Of a DNA stretch of 64,000 bases, positions 27,118 to 40,114 are shown one piece after another. Under the pieces are notes generated by a model that saw only the letters and a list, made by a program, of their open reading frames with translations, did not search any database and was not told the DNA's origin. Source of the DNA: Lingula anatina. Its lineage: Eukaryota > Animalia > Brachiopoda. The stretch lies in assembly GCA_051362555.1 (NCBI GenBank), contig CM120647.1, forward strand, positions 4,154,001 to 4,218,000, read 5' to 3'. The translations under genes were made by a program, and so were the position numbers. How positions within the stretch are numbered: position 1 is the first letter of the stretch; each line of letters starts with the position of its first letter.

Positions 27118-27344
27118 ATGGAAGGTGCCAGTAGCAGCACTGATGATTGTGAAGCCAAGGCAACCATGATGAAGAAGGACAGTGACTGTGCAAAGAAGCA
27201 GGCTCACCAAGACGACATTTTCGATCAATTGGGGAGTTTTGGCTGCTTTCAGCACCGTGTTTTGCCACTCTTTTGTCTGTGCAATACGTTCGCTGCTCTG
27301 CAGTATATGGCCATCACGTTTATGGAGTACACACCTGCCCATAG
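27118..27344 (+). other. Duplicated SLC22 first coding exon (exon 1a): orphan exon or alternative first exon
   Basis: 227 nt, one substitution (GAC/GCC, D/A) versus 35828-36054; ATG and AG|GTAAGT donor intact; no SLC22 exon 2 in unit A. Confidence 0.8.
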
Positions 27345-29156
27345 GTAAGTTGACGCACATGCACTGAGAAAGGTATATGTGGCCTATGCATAAAATTTTA
27401 CACAAAGAAACGTGTTGGCGGACCCTCGATTCGGGGATCTTTCTAGGTGCCATTTTTTAGCTCTTTTATGGCTTGGTAGTCTTATTCTTTGTTTATTCTG
27501 TATTTTATACGCAGATGAACCCATACATTCTATCAGATTTAGTTTTTGCTTTTTTCTTCACAGCAGAAAATCGTGACATGAATTAGCTAGAGATCGACAT
27601 ATCTGTGAATATCACGTAAAAAATTACCTGCGACCCTGGTACAGATTTATGAAACCGGGTGTATCAACTTCCATCTATTCATTCATACTGTTCCCTTTAA
27701 AGGAGGGCCAAGAAACTGATGTTAAGTTTTTGGTGGTGATCCGGATCAATTATTAATCAATAATTAATAATAACCAAAAATTGCTGCCTTGGCAGGAGGT
27801 CTGCGTTCTCGGAGTGATTTTCTAGTTTACCTCTTTATTTTATTCATGTGTGTCTACATGTATCCACTACTATTTATATCATCATATTAACTTAAAAGGG
27901 TGTTTCCAACTCTTGGTTGGGTCTTATCTTTATCAAAACACTGGGTATTTAATTTGCATTGCACAGTATAAAAGGCAGCAAAGTTCAGTTTTACAACATG
28001 ACAAGGAGCGACCTTTCCATATTTTGAGAGAAATGGTTCTTGTCGCAAGCATCAAAACCACAAATTCCTTTTCGAGGAGATTGAAAACACAACCCTGGAA
28101 GAGAGCCTTGGGGACCAATACCCTTTTATACACCGACTTATCACAACTGGTTCCTTTTGTAGCTTCTCTGATGTACATTACTTTTCGGACCGGCTAAAAA
28201 TCTATTCGAATGTTATCGATACTATTTAAGATATGATTTAAGATACTATTTAAGATATTCTTTTGTCACATGTTTGCAATTTACTTCGGTCCGACACAAA
28301 AGGCTGAATCAGTCTCCAATGAAAACTGCTCATCTAACAAATCCTTTAATACTATTGCTCAATGTGCAATCTGTGCATCTCAAACTCCCCGCCCTATGGA
28401 TTCATTTCACACCTGACTGGCTTCTCTAACGCATTTACGTTGACTCGTTAAACGACAATAAATTCAATAATGGGCTTGGAATTTCTTGCAAACTCATATA
28501 TTTCACAACCACCATCTCTATCTACAAATAAACAACAATTCAAAGACTAAGGATATGCATAAGGACAAATACCACGCACCGCCTAACACATAAGATTTCA
28601 GGAGTTTGGAAAAAAAGAAAGTGGAAGATGTAGCAGCCTTCTTAAGGACAAAAAAAAAAAAAAAAAGGACAATCGCTGCACTTTGTAGTACAAATGATTT
28701 ACTTTGCATGAATCTTCCTTGGGCAATTGTTTAAAGACAATCTTTATTGATTCATGAATTCCTATGAATTTTTCAAATAAGGTACCAAAATATAATATTT
28801 GATATTTTCATCAGTATTTTCGCCTCTAAAACATGTGTTAATTATCACACCTGACTAATTTATGGAAAGGAACCCTTTTTTGACATTATGGAAATAATTG
28901 GCGGCCATTTTCTGACTCAAACTCAAGATGGCCACCACCCACTATTTTGAAAGTGGACACAACTTTGTCTTTTTACGGTGCTTTCTTTAACATCATCGGA
29001 GGACCACTCGTCACATCTACCGCAATCTAGGACAGATCCGCTCAATATTTTAGAATCTTCGGTCAACTCCGTAATCTATCTACGTACGCTGAGGCACGAA
29101 ATCACCCGAGTTTGACCCAGTTCTTAGACCTATTTAGGTCCAAGCCCAGTTATAGA

Positions 29157-29674
29157 CTAACATTTTTCTACATGAAACGCAAGTCCTTTTAAGAGCTGTG
29201 TGCCTTGTACTCCAGATACGTGGTGGAGAGGTCGGCTGGCTTCAAATTCCACCACATTTAGCTGCTCATTGGGTCTGTCCACGCCATACGGACCGTAGGT
29301 CTGTCGATTGGTGAAGAACTGCAGAATATTAAATACCACCACACCACGGAGAGCATCGTCAGAAGTCTTGAGGTAGACCCTTAAAATGCCATATTAAAGA
29401 CGTTGGAGAGGGCTTTTAAACTTTCAATTTTTTCTGAAGAACATTTTAGTGCATTTAATGTCACTGGAAAGTTTATATGCAAAATGACCAGATACAGTTT
29501 AAGACAGCATGATGTGGAGAAGTAGTAAATGTAAAACCGACGACAGGGATTGAAAAAGTTTTATATAACATATCATTCTTGTGTGTTTGAATGATCAGTA
29601 ATTCATTTAAAGAACTCTTATGAATGTTAATTGTGCATGTACTTTCACAGATATTCTTCTCTCGTAATAATAAA

Positions 29675-29725
<51 letters not shown>

Positions 29726-31930
29726 CGCACTTGATGATGTATTCATCTTGGGCGAAGTACTTTATTGTCTCCCGGCCGGTGAGACTCCCTGCGAGGTGAC
29801 CTTCTCTCCCTTGGTAAAAAAACTGAAGTCTGAAATAAAACAAAACGAAAATTGGTTTGGTGAAAAGTAGTACACTTTTGATCCCTTCTCGGTGTGAATG
29901 AACTCCTTCATGCAATTTGTAAACTTGTACCAGTCTTGACGATTCGAATTCCAGTTCTCGCTATAATTAGCCTCTACGTCATTTAAAACATGATCCTTTT
30001 TTTTTACTAAGAGCAATTAAAGTATTAATATTCAACATGGAATATTCACGTCAGTTAAAATGAAGCAGGTAAAAACTGAGGTTTCATCTTGGTAATAAAT
30101 CGCCCTATTAACCTTTGGAAGTACCACCTTAGACTGGGTTCCCATAAAAGAATTGTACTAGCTCGGACGATCAAGTTCTGCGGGGATTCTAGCTAACGCC
30201 TCGGTCACAACCGGCCGTACGGGCTGTTACTGCGTGTTTGCGTACAAATTTTGCGCAGAATCTCACGAGCAACACAAGTTCCTCTTGCGAAATTTGGAGT
30301 CCGCAGACAGTCCGTATGCACGTGGAGAAGATGTTGAATATGTCCAAAAGATTCTACGAATAATCTGCAAACAGTAATGCCGCAAAAATAACTTGCTTCA
30401 CTTGCAAGGAGTCCGCAAGTGGGACATGCGTGGTCCAAGACGCACGCCGCAAGCAATGAAGGAGCAAGCGCCCTTTGCGTGTTGATTATGGCACACGCCC
30501 TCACAAATAACGATCAAAATCGAAAGCCCGCGGAAGTGTGTCGCACGTGCGTCACGCCTACGCCCGGAGTATAAAAGGTGTACTCATGCCGCACACTCGC
30601 GTCTCGTCATTAAACGACTGTTGTGCATCCTGTACAGCAGTTATCAAAGATTTCGAATTTTGATTAATTCAGCTCTTAATATGCCTCCAAAAAGCTAGGA
30701 AAAAATTTTTACAGAGCAGAAAAGGGGGGAGAAAGAAAAGGAAAGAAGAAAAGAACAGTAGGCAGAACTCTTGTACGCGGTTAGTACGTCATCACAAGCG
30801 TGTGAGGCAAGTGTGAAGCAAAAGGGAACTACTTTCGCCGTGCGTTGCTTTCTCTTCAATAGTGTTGAGCGCGTGCCACGTGCGTGTCTTTGTAGCAATA
30901 CAAACTCAAGAAATGGGTACAATTTCCACGGCCATCGCACCTTGCAATTAGCGTCCCTGGTTGAAATGACATCTCATGTGGCCCTTGCGTCTCGCAAGGC
31001 AGACTTTCCTTTACCCCTACGATCTCCACGGATTCTACTGCACGCAAAATTCGCAAGGGACTCACGATCCTAAAATTCGTGCGTCTGGTTGTGACCGAGG
31101 CTATACTGATATACGCATTGTAGCTCTTTAATTAGATTAAATGTCTGGCACACAACCTTGAGTAACTAGGGGGCAATTCACTGTCGTTATTTACCCCCTA
31201 TTAGGCGTGTCAGACATATACGCCACTCGTACTGAATGCAAGTTGGCGAGAGCCCCCCCCCCCTCCCAGAGTTCGATCGATCTAGCTAGTTCGATGCGTT
31301 TATGGAACCGCTCCCTTACCCGTCTATGAGTGATCCATGCCGAACTCTGAATCCTGTGATCTTTCCGGCCCTAGCGATAGCAGCGTCATTGTATTGAGAG
31401 TCTCCCTCTGTCACTTCGCCATAAGGACCGAATATAACGTCACATGGCGCTGGCACTTATAATATAATATAATATAATATAATATAATATAATATAATAT
31501 AATATAATATAATATAAAGTAGTGTAAGGTAACTAAACGCCATGCAATACAATACAAAAACATTACGTTAGTATTGTTTTGTCATATTATATACTTTTTT
31601 CCTACGTGTACGAGGCAGATTGAAGAAAATACCTAAATTCACCCAATCCTTTTCATCAGTATCCGCGGTAGTATTCCCAGCACTGGCGTTAACATATATC
31701 TCACAGGTTTTACTGACGCTGTGGTAGTTAGCTCCAGAACATATAACCTTCCCTCTGCAGAGATCGGCACACTCGACAACACTGGACTCATGCTGAGTGT
31801 CAACCACGGTCCCTGCTTCCCGCAGTCCGCTTGTCAAATTGAACCGTCCTTCTCTGACAGTGACACTAACTGATGACAAAATGAAAAGAAAAGTCGCGCC
31901 TAGCGGTTTTAGTGCCCAACAACAAGCCAT
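29157..31930 (-). CDS. Secreted PAN/Apple + jacalin-like lectin, copy B (4 exons, ~260 aa)
   Basis: Exons 31930-31606, 31455-31320, 29829-29731, 29379-29157; same internal exon sizes (136, 99) and phases as copy A; 783 nt in frame; indels versus copy A are multiples of 3. Confidence 0.82.
30131..31314. mobile_element. Degenerate MITE (related to family A) in lectin B intron 2, hosting a nested element
   Basis: ttcccataaa...ctagctcggacgatc / gatcgatctagctag...tttatggaac; absent from the paralogous intron of copy A. Confidence 0.55.
30198..31101. mobile_element. Nested non-autonomous DNA transposon, perfect 15-bp TIR
   Basis: gcctcggtcacaacc (30198-30212) / ggttgtgaccgaggc (31087-31101). Confidence 0.8.
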
Positions 31931-32994
31931 ACTGTCAAGGAGGTCAAATGTGGCATACACCGCGTAGCTCGTGTTCTCTACAAGAAGTGGACAATCGAAC
32001 GCGCATTTACTGGGTAGCTATGAAGAATTCACCGAATTGAGGTTTAGATGTCTTAAGACGTCACTAAACAAATATCTTAGCCTCAGAATGGGAAATGTTT
32101 CTAACCCAACAAATGTACCAATATCAATAGATTTCACACTTCACGAATACGACCCTTTGAAATACACCTGCAATTAACGTATATTATTGCTAGAATATGG
32201 TACAGAATGAAAAGCGTTTGAATTGTAAAGGCTCTATAGTGTAGTAACAGGCGAACTGATCGATTTAATTTACGTAATATCTGGACCATTGCTTCGATAT
32301 ACTTCCGGACACCGACACGGCCAGCCGGATAAGGATACGAATACCGGATATGGCCAAGTAGACATACACAAGGAAATTATCGAATAAATGTCTTCGACAA
32401 TCTAAAAGATCAATAATAGCCTTTTGCGCACTCTGGCCGTAATGGCCGCCATTTAAATCATACGATTTCCTTGGACCAAAAGTGCTTTTTAATGATAGCT
32501 TGGTTAATACTGATCATGTAGTAGGATAATTGGGATAAAAAGCTCTTGACAATACAACTTCAATTTTTCAATCGTGTTTTTAGTCGAATTGCCCACAACC
32601 TTTGAAAAATTTAGAAAACATAAGAATTAATCCAAAAAACCAAACTTTATATAAACCAAAGTCGTGTCGTGTCGAAAGTGTACAGAGACGAATATTAAAT
32701 AGTTACGGTAAGCAAATTGGTTTCTCAAGTCAGAGAATATGCTTTTAATTTCGAGTTGCTGAAATGATAAAGATGTAAACTATGAGAAAATGGAGCTTAT
32801 CAGGTGTTCAAAATTCGGAAACAATTATGGTACCCTACAAGACAGTATTTGTCTGGACCATCTATTGACAGCTACGGCCAGCGCCGCACTTTTTATAATG
32901 CGGATATTTTCTCTATCAGATAACAAAGAATAACCGTCAAAGAGACAAATCAGTGAATATCTAGCGGAAAATCAATCTGTAGAAGGTAACGGCC

Positions 32995-33155
32995 ACGCAC
33001 ATGTACGCACTACCATGCACATGTACGCACAACCATGCACATGTACGCACAACCATGCACATGTACGCACAACCATGCACATGTACGCACAACCATGCAC
33101 ATGTACGCACAACCATGCACATGTATGCACAGTCATGCACATATGCACACAGCCA
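32995..33155. repeat. 20-bp minisatellite (atgtacgcacaaccatgcac) x ~7-8
   Basis: Direct reading; occupies the position of the 39-bp array in unit A. Confidence 0.9.
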
Positions 33156-35033
33156 GAGACAGACCTGAATTGATCTCGTCCTAATGCTGTTAAAACAACT
33201 ATGTCAGCATACATGCGCGTGACAAACCAAATTAATTGTCAGGCACCTTGCAAATTTATGCATCCGTGAAATTATAACGATTTCAGATAATCTGATCACC
33301 ACACAGACACCATAGGCCAGTACACGAACTAAGTATTTCATTGGTTGCAATGTTTTCATTCTTAAACAAGGGGGGGGGGGTTCATATCGTTCTTGGTAAG
33401 AGTGAGCAGGGGGGTTGGATGGCAGTAGTACGTCTATTGCTGCCGTCTGTTGGTTCATTTGATAAATGTAAAAACACTGGCATCAGGGATATAATGTAGT
33501 GACTTAAATCTTCATTATTATATTTGTTCTTATATATGTAATATGAACTGACAAAAAACAGATCGACAAAAAGAAAAGAGAGAGTGTGAGAGAAAGAGCG
33601 AGAGGAAGAAGAAAAATAATCTTCCTATATTTATAACAGTATTCTTAGAAACATCCATCTGAAACAGCAGCACAATAGACAAGAACACATGCCCTAGTTA
33701 TAGTATACTGTTGGCTCCAGGGCCTTGTATCTCTGAAAGCTTCGCTATGTTGCGCACTATGTTGCGCACGTGCGCAAGTGTCTCGATAACATGGCCCCGT
33801 ATCTCGAAATAGAATCGGTTATGGAATCGAGACACTTGCGCACGTGCGCAACATAGCGAACCTTTCGAGATACGGAGCCCAGGTCTTTCTTTTGTAGTCT
33901 ACAGTGTATGGGTGCATTTAGAACAGCTGGCTAACAAATCCGCGGATCAAATGTGATCGATCCATTTGAGTGCTTGTTGCGTATTCCCCGCGGGGAATCC
34001 CAAGTGTCTAATAGGAAATACAGGTGCTATCTTTTTAGCAGGTCGCCATATTTGATCCGCGGATCTGTTAGTCCGCTGTTCTGAGCGCGCCCTATGCCAG
34101 TGAATATGATGTACGACATGAGTCTGGTATTGCCACCGTTTGACGCTCTATTTCACAGCAATGCCACCTCGGGGCATGACAAGCAAAAAATGGGAACACG
34201 TGCTGTGCATGGCATATAGGTTTTTAAGGTCAAGATGACATATATAAAGAATGCAGCGAAATTCTTGCCTTGACGTTACCAGCCGCGCCAACTCGAGTGG
34301 AACTCGGTGTTAAAAAAAAAGAAGAAAAAACGAAGGAGAGAAGTCAAAAGATTGTTGGTTCAATGTGGCGGGGTTTATTCTCATTCCTTTGTGGAATTTA
34401 AGTCGCACAAGACGCCACATTTTTCATAAGCGCAGATGAATTTTTAATTATAGCATCCTTAAATAAGTTATTGAAGCATCACAAATTAGTGAATCACATG
34501 CTTAAAAAGATTAATTATTTACGTCGGTTGAAAGTTCGCCTACAAGTGCCCTTTTTATAAACAAGCAGGTAGAGAAACACGTAACGCCAAAACGTTGAAC
34601 TAAATTACTTCCACTCACTTGCGATAAATCACGTACAGGGGTAATTGCGTGTCTTGAATGAGCATCATCCAACATAAACCGAAGTATTGCGAAATAGCGT
34701 AAAATCAAGCGAAATTTTAGGGAATTTGGGGTAGAGTAGAGTAAAAATGACCACAGACTAAAAGTAGTGAGTGCTGTGCATCAACAATTGGCAGAATTTA
34801 TCCAGGAATAATTTCTGAGCGCATTCTCGCTCTATTCTTGTCTCGTATGACGCCACTCACTGTCGGCCGTCTCTTTTTAGGCTGTCTATATGGTCTGGCC
34901 GGAGTATAGAAGTTATTTAGAACTGAACATGCTACATGTATTTTTTTTTTGCGAGTGTAAAACATTGGAAGTGTTATGAACCCCCAAATGTCACAATGTA
35001 ATTCTTTGGGGCCCGTTAATTTCATATCTCTTG

Positions 35034-35194
35034 CAGGGGCGGATCCAGAGATATTTTCTGAGTCTTCCAAATTATCTTTGTTGATCCATCCTCATTTTTG
35101 ACCGTCTTCCAGCATAAAAAGATACCCGTCTATGTAAACTTGAAAATCTGACAGTCTTCCGGAAGAACCAGAAGATGGCCTAAATCCGCCCCTG
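35034..35194. mobile_element. CAGGGGCGGAT-type MITE with 5-bp TSD, unit B only (relatives ~38433-38611, ~62476-62689)
   Basis: caggggcggat...atccgcccctg; TSD tcttg at 35029-33 and 35195-99; empty site near 25900 in unit A. Confidence 0.8.
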
Positions 35195-35827
35195 TCTTGC
35201 CAATATACCCTGATCTGAACATTTGGACTGGAACTCTATTCCTATTAATATGGTGAGTTGACCAGCCAATAAGAGCAGACTACTACTCTCTCGTGACCTA
35301 GTCTGTTAGTATCGTAGGGAAGCTAGAAGAGCGTGAGTGAGTACTGGTACAAAACCAAGGCAAGCCCTTCAAAGACGCCAAGGTCAAATTAGCTTAATTA
35401 CCGACATTATAAGCCTTCTTATTGGTTAAAAGGTATAATGTCCGAGAGGACAAAGAGTTATGCTTTTTACTGAGGGCCTACGAATATTTGGCACATTTAA
35501 TGTAGTATAAGGCCTACGATATTTATTAATTTTTACTTAAAAAAACATCTACAAACAGAAATTACACTCGCGAAAATAGAAATGGTTTTGAACAATATCG
35601 AGTGACACCTTTATAGAAGATTTCGAATGACATGCATAACAAACGCAGAGAAGTGGCACTCTTTCAATATATCAGCCTCGTTCTGATCATTGGTACCTTG
35701 TCTAGGATTGGCCTCGTTTTTAAGGACGTACGTTTATCGCCGGCAGCTTTATTGTTGAAGCAGATCAACAGAGTAGATGTATAAGTCGACGTGACCTAGA
35801 CGCAGTTCTATCGATAATCGTGCCAAC

Positions 35828-38800
35828 ATGGAAGGTGCCAGTAGCAGCACTGATGATTGTGAAGCCAAGGCAACCATGATGAAGAAGGACAGTGACTGTG
35901 CAAAGAAGCAGGCTCACCAAGCCGACATTTTCGATCAATTGGGGAGTTTTGGCTGCTTTCAGCACCGTGTTTTGCCACTCTTTTGTCTGTGCAATACGTT
36001 CGCTGCTCTGCAGTATATGGCCATCACGTTTATGGAGTACACACCTGCCCATAGGTAAGTTGACGCATATGCACTGAGAAAGGTATATTTGGCCTATACA
36101 TAAACATTACGTTTATGGAGTACACACCAGCCCATAGGTAAGTTGACGCATATGCACTGAGAAAGGTATATGTGGCCTATACATAAAATTTTACACATAG
36201 AGAACATGTTGGGGTCCCTCGATTCGGAGATCTTTCTAGGTGCCATTTTTTTAGGTCTCTCGTGGCTTGGTAGTGTAATGCTGTGTTTATTCTGTATTGT
36301 ATACGCAGATGAACCCATACACTCTATCAGATTTAGTTTTTGCTTTTTTCTTCACAGCAGAAAATCGTGCCATGTATTAGCTAGAGACATATCTGTGAAT
36401 ATCTGGGAAAATCAACCTGCGACCCTGGTAGGGAGTAATAAAACCGGGTGTATTAACATCTATTCATTCATTTAGTTCCCTTTCAAGGATGAGCAATATT
36501 TCTCACATATCTTCTAAATAGGAGTCCTCGAGTGACAATGACAGACAGGGCAACTCTCAGTACTGGCGACCTCATGATCTCGATGCCTCTGCTTTCGCGC
36601 GTCTTCATTCCTTTGAGTTGAGTAATCATAGAGCGTCGATCTCTGGCAGCGTTTTCTACTGGTGGCTGAGCTGCAGTGATAAAACCTGCATCATCGGTGC
36701 TACATGCACATTGATAACACTAACGAAAAAGTCTTATAGGATCCTATAAGATTCTATAGGATCCTATAGGAAATTGGGCCAATTTCCTATATAATCCTAT
36801 AGGATCTTATAAGATCTTTATATAGGATCTTATAAGATCCTATAGGACTTTTTCGTAAGGGAACATTCCGCGGTTTCTTTAAAATTACATGTGTAGAGTT
36901 TGGGAAGACAACCTATTTCTTTGCCCTGGGAAATTCGGTAAGCACAAGCCAACGAAAATTTTAATATAACAGCCCAAACGCACATATTAGCACGTAATGC
37001 GGGTACTCAATGTATGCTTAACTTACTTTTCTATGGTAATATTATGATTGTATTGTCATAAGCCTCGTTGGTTAGTAACGTTTATGTTTACACACACCGG
37101 TGACATATAATTAGCTTTATTTTAAATCAGAAAAGTCCTGTTATGCTATGAAAATAGGACTTTGTTAACACATCTTTGTGTAACAGAGCATACAGAGATT
37201 ATACTTGTACTTGATGCTCGCGCACAGCAATGGCCTACTGTAGGAACGGGGCATGCACAGTGTATGCACTGTGAATTGAGTTGAATTCGTTGATCTTCAG
37301 CCTTAAAAAACTCGTTGCAGGTCACTGCGTCACGCTGCGTAGGTGAGTCGCGTGATGTTCACGTGCCATGGAAGCTTATTTCTACATACGCCTCTTCACA
37401 CACACACCCACACACACACGCACACAAACAAGCACACACACGCACACACGCGCACACACACGCACACACACACGCACACACACACGCACACACAAACACA
37501 CATGCACACACACCACCCTCTACCAGGTCCACAGATTGATGTTTCACTAGAGATCAGTTTATCAGATATCTTTTCACTGATTTTTAAGTGGTAGGCCTAC
37601 CATGTTACTTTTCCTTCTCTGCTATGACCCCTCCCCCTTTTTTTTACAACTAGATAAATAAATTCTGCTCACGCAACATTTAAAATTATTGTATACGCAT
37701 CACCTTTTCAAGTTAAAACCTGTATTCTTCAGGACCATGACATTTAGGTCTACTTTAGCAAACATTTAAGGTGCACAATGCTCATTAGATTGGGAAGATC
37801 TGTTCCTTATACCCCCTTTACACTGGACGGCTTCCTTTCTGCGTCCTCTCTGCGACCATGAAATTTGGCATCGCTGTGGTCTTAATAAGGAAGCACGAGC
37901 ACTGATTTTGTATCAGAAGAATGCTCAATGATCGGCCAGTTGTCGGCACGTAAAATATTATAATTTTTAAACTCTTAAATGGGGCCGTGCTGCTGGACGC
38001 AGAAAGGACGCCGTCCAGTGTAAAGGGGCCCTTATTATTTGTTTCAGATAGACGACAAATTGAGGTGACGAACTATGTTATGACGTATTATCGCACCAGG
38101 TTTCCAGCTACACAAATTACTCTTATCGAATCTCCTATCTAGACTATAACACATAAAGTGTTTGTTGACGTACAAATCAAGATTTATTTTCCTAATCACA
38201 CTCTCACTTACGCTCTGACTTAAACTCCGTGTATGCCAGTGTTTGACTGCAGTCGAAGCACTCGATATCAGTTTCGACTTGCTTCAAGGATTCACCAATT
38301 GCATAAGCGATAAGTGACAATCTATTTGGTAATAATACAAACGAGCCTATCTTTGGAAATTAATGGATGTCATATATGTAACCATGGTAACAGTCCTATC
38401 ATTAATTAGCATGGACTTGTTCCATAGTAATCTAGGGGCGGATCCAGGGTTATTTGAAGGGGGGGGTCCGCGGACGAACGGTGCCATTTCAAATGTTGGT
38501 ACGGTTTAGAACTATGATTCAACTAGTCAAAATTCTAATTTCAAGAGGGAACTAGGAATTGAAGGGGGGGGGGGGGGGGGGGGGTCAGGACACCCTCTAA
38601 ATCCACCACTGGTAACCGGATAGATGCATATATTTAATTTATTCTGAATAGTCTTTGGTTCCACGGCTTTGTTTCACCCCCCCCCCCCCGGAATATCGAA
38701 TAGCAAAATGTGTTTAAGTTATCCGACTGTGTGATCTCAAAGTAGTAGGCCTAAGCGTGGTTGTGTTTAAGTGATTAAGATTATGTGCTTAGGAATTGAA

Positions 38801-40076
38801 TATACAGGAAAAATTGCTTGAAGGAGAATTTAATGCGTGCGTTTAAGGAAAGTGAACAGACAAGGATTGATATAGAGAGTTTAGAAATTCGCCCGACACG
38901 TAGATTATGGCAGCTCATTTTGATAGCTTCAACCGCTCGCTCTCTCTCCTGTGAGACGGCATCACGACACGTGACCGCGTAGCTCATTCACTTCCAAATG
39001 TAGTGAGACGGACGCAATTTTGAAGCTCAGTACTTGGACCCCATTACCATACCTAGTTTGATCTAGCAGGATCGACGCATCTCCGAGGGGATTCTCGCTA
39101 AACTGCATTAATCTGAAGTGGCTCTTATGTCGAGCACGCCTATCGAAGCTGTTATGGGGTAATTGAATTTCGTTAAACAGTTTCAGTAGCCATGCTAGAC
39201 ATCTAAGCCGCTTAAGCTGAATGCAATTTAACAGGAATCCCCTCGGAGATGGGTCGATCCTACTAGATCGATCTAGGTATGGGAATGGGGTCTTAGAAAA
39301 ATAAGAGGCAATTTTAAAGCTCGATATTTACACAACAAACTTCTTATATGTACATTGTAATGAGTAAATAATGTATACATTTTTCTGAAATAATTAAATC
39401 CTTTAAACCATTCTGTTTGTGTGCCGCATCTGTTTTAATGGCCTGGCACTTAAAGTGGTGACTATACATGTAGAGACTAGAAATATCTATTAATCATCTA
39501 TTAATCACTTCTTTCAGTGAAGTGTATCTACGAACATGATGGAGAGATTAATTACTTATGTAATATGTATTGACTCCAATATATATAGGAGAGAGACCTA
39601 ATACTTCTGTAAATATTTTGACCGTAATATATATAAGACACAGGCCGGGTCCAAATCTAGTTCAGTTACTAACTGGACTAGGCCAGATTCCATGCTTATT
39701 TGCAGTCAACAATGCATAGACCCAATTTGGATCTAGTCCAGCCCAGTTAGTAACTGCGCCATATACATTAGGGAAAGATTATTGCTTACGTAATATGTTT
39801 TGAATGTAATAGCAATATAAACAAACACGGGTTAGTGATACACATCTTATGTAATAAGCTATATATAAAATGAAACGTAACCAAACTTCTGTATTTGATT
39901 AATAATAATAATCATCTCATCGAGCACTGAAATGATTACAGGTTACAATTTACAGATTTTCTACTCTATCTTTAGTTAAATAACTATGTAACATCTATAT
40001 AAATACAAAATACATATGGAATGATCGCTGGGAAGTAGCCCAGAATAAAACGACTATTGCTAGTGATGGGTGTATC

Positions 40077-40114
<38 letters not shown>

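Larger units (their letters stand above)
13255..27700 (+). repeat. Tandem segmental duplication, unit A
   Basis: Colinear blocks shared with unit B: 13255-13650~27716-28115; 18276-18630~29010-29385; 20030-20480~29730-30130; 20480-27700~31315-36490, apart from unit-specific TE insertions. Confidence 0.85.
27701..36490 (+). repeat. Tandem segmental duplication, unit B
   Basis: See unit A; junction at ~27700 joins SLC22 intron-1 sequence to the 3' half of a HINE-like repeat. Confidence 0.85.

Noticed and set aside
13255-36490. Duplication as an uncollapsed-haplotype artefact
   Set aside because: Extensive protein divergence and several unit-specific TEs favour real paralogy; long reads are still needed to exclude it fully.
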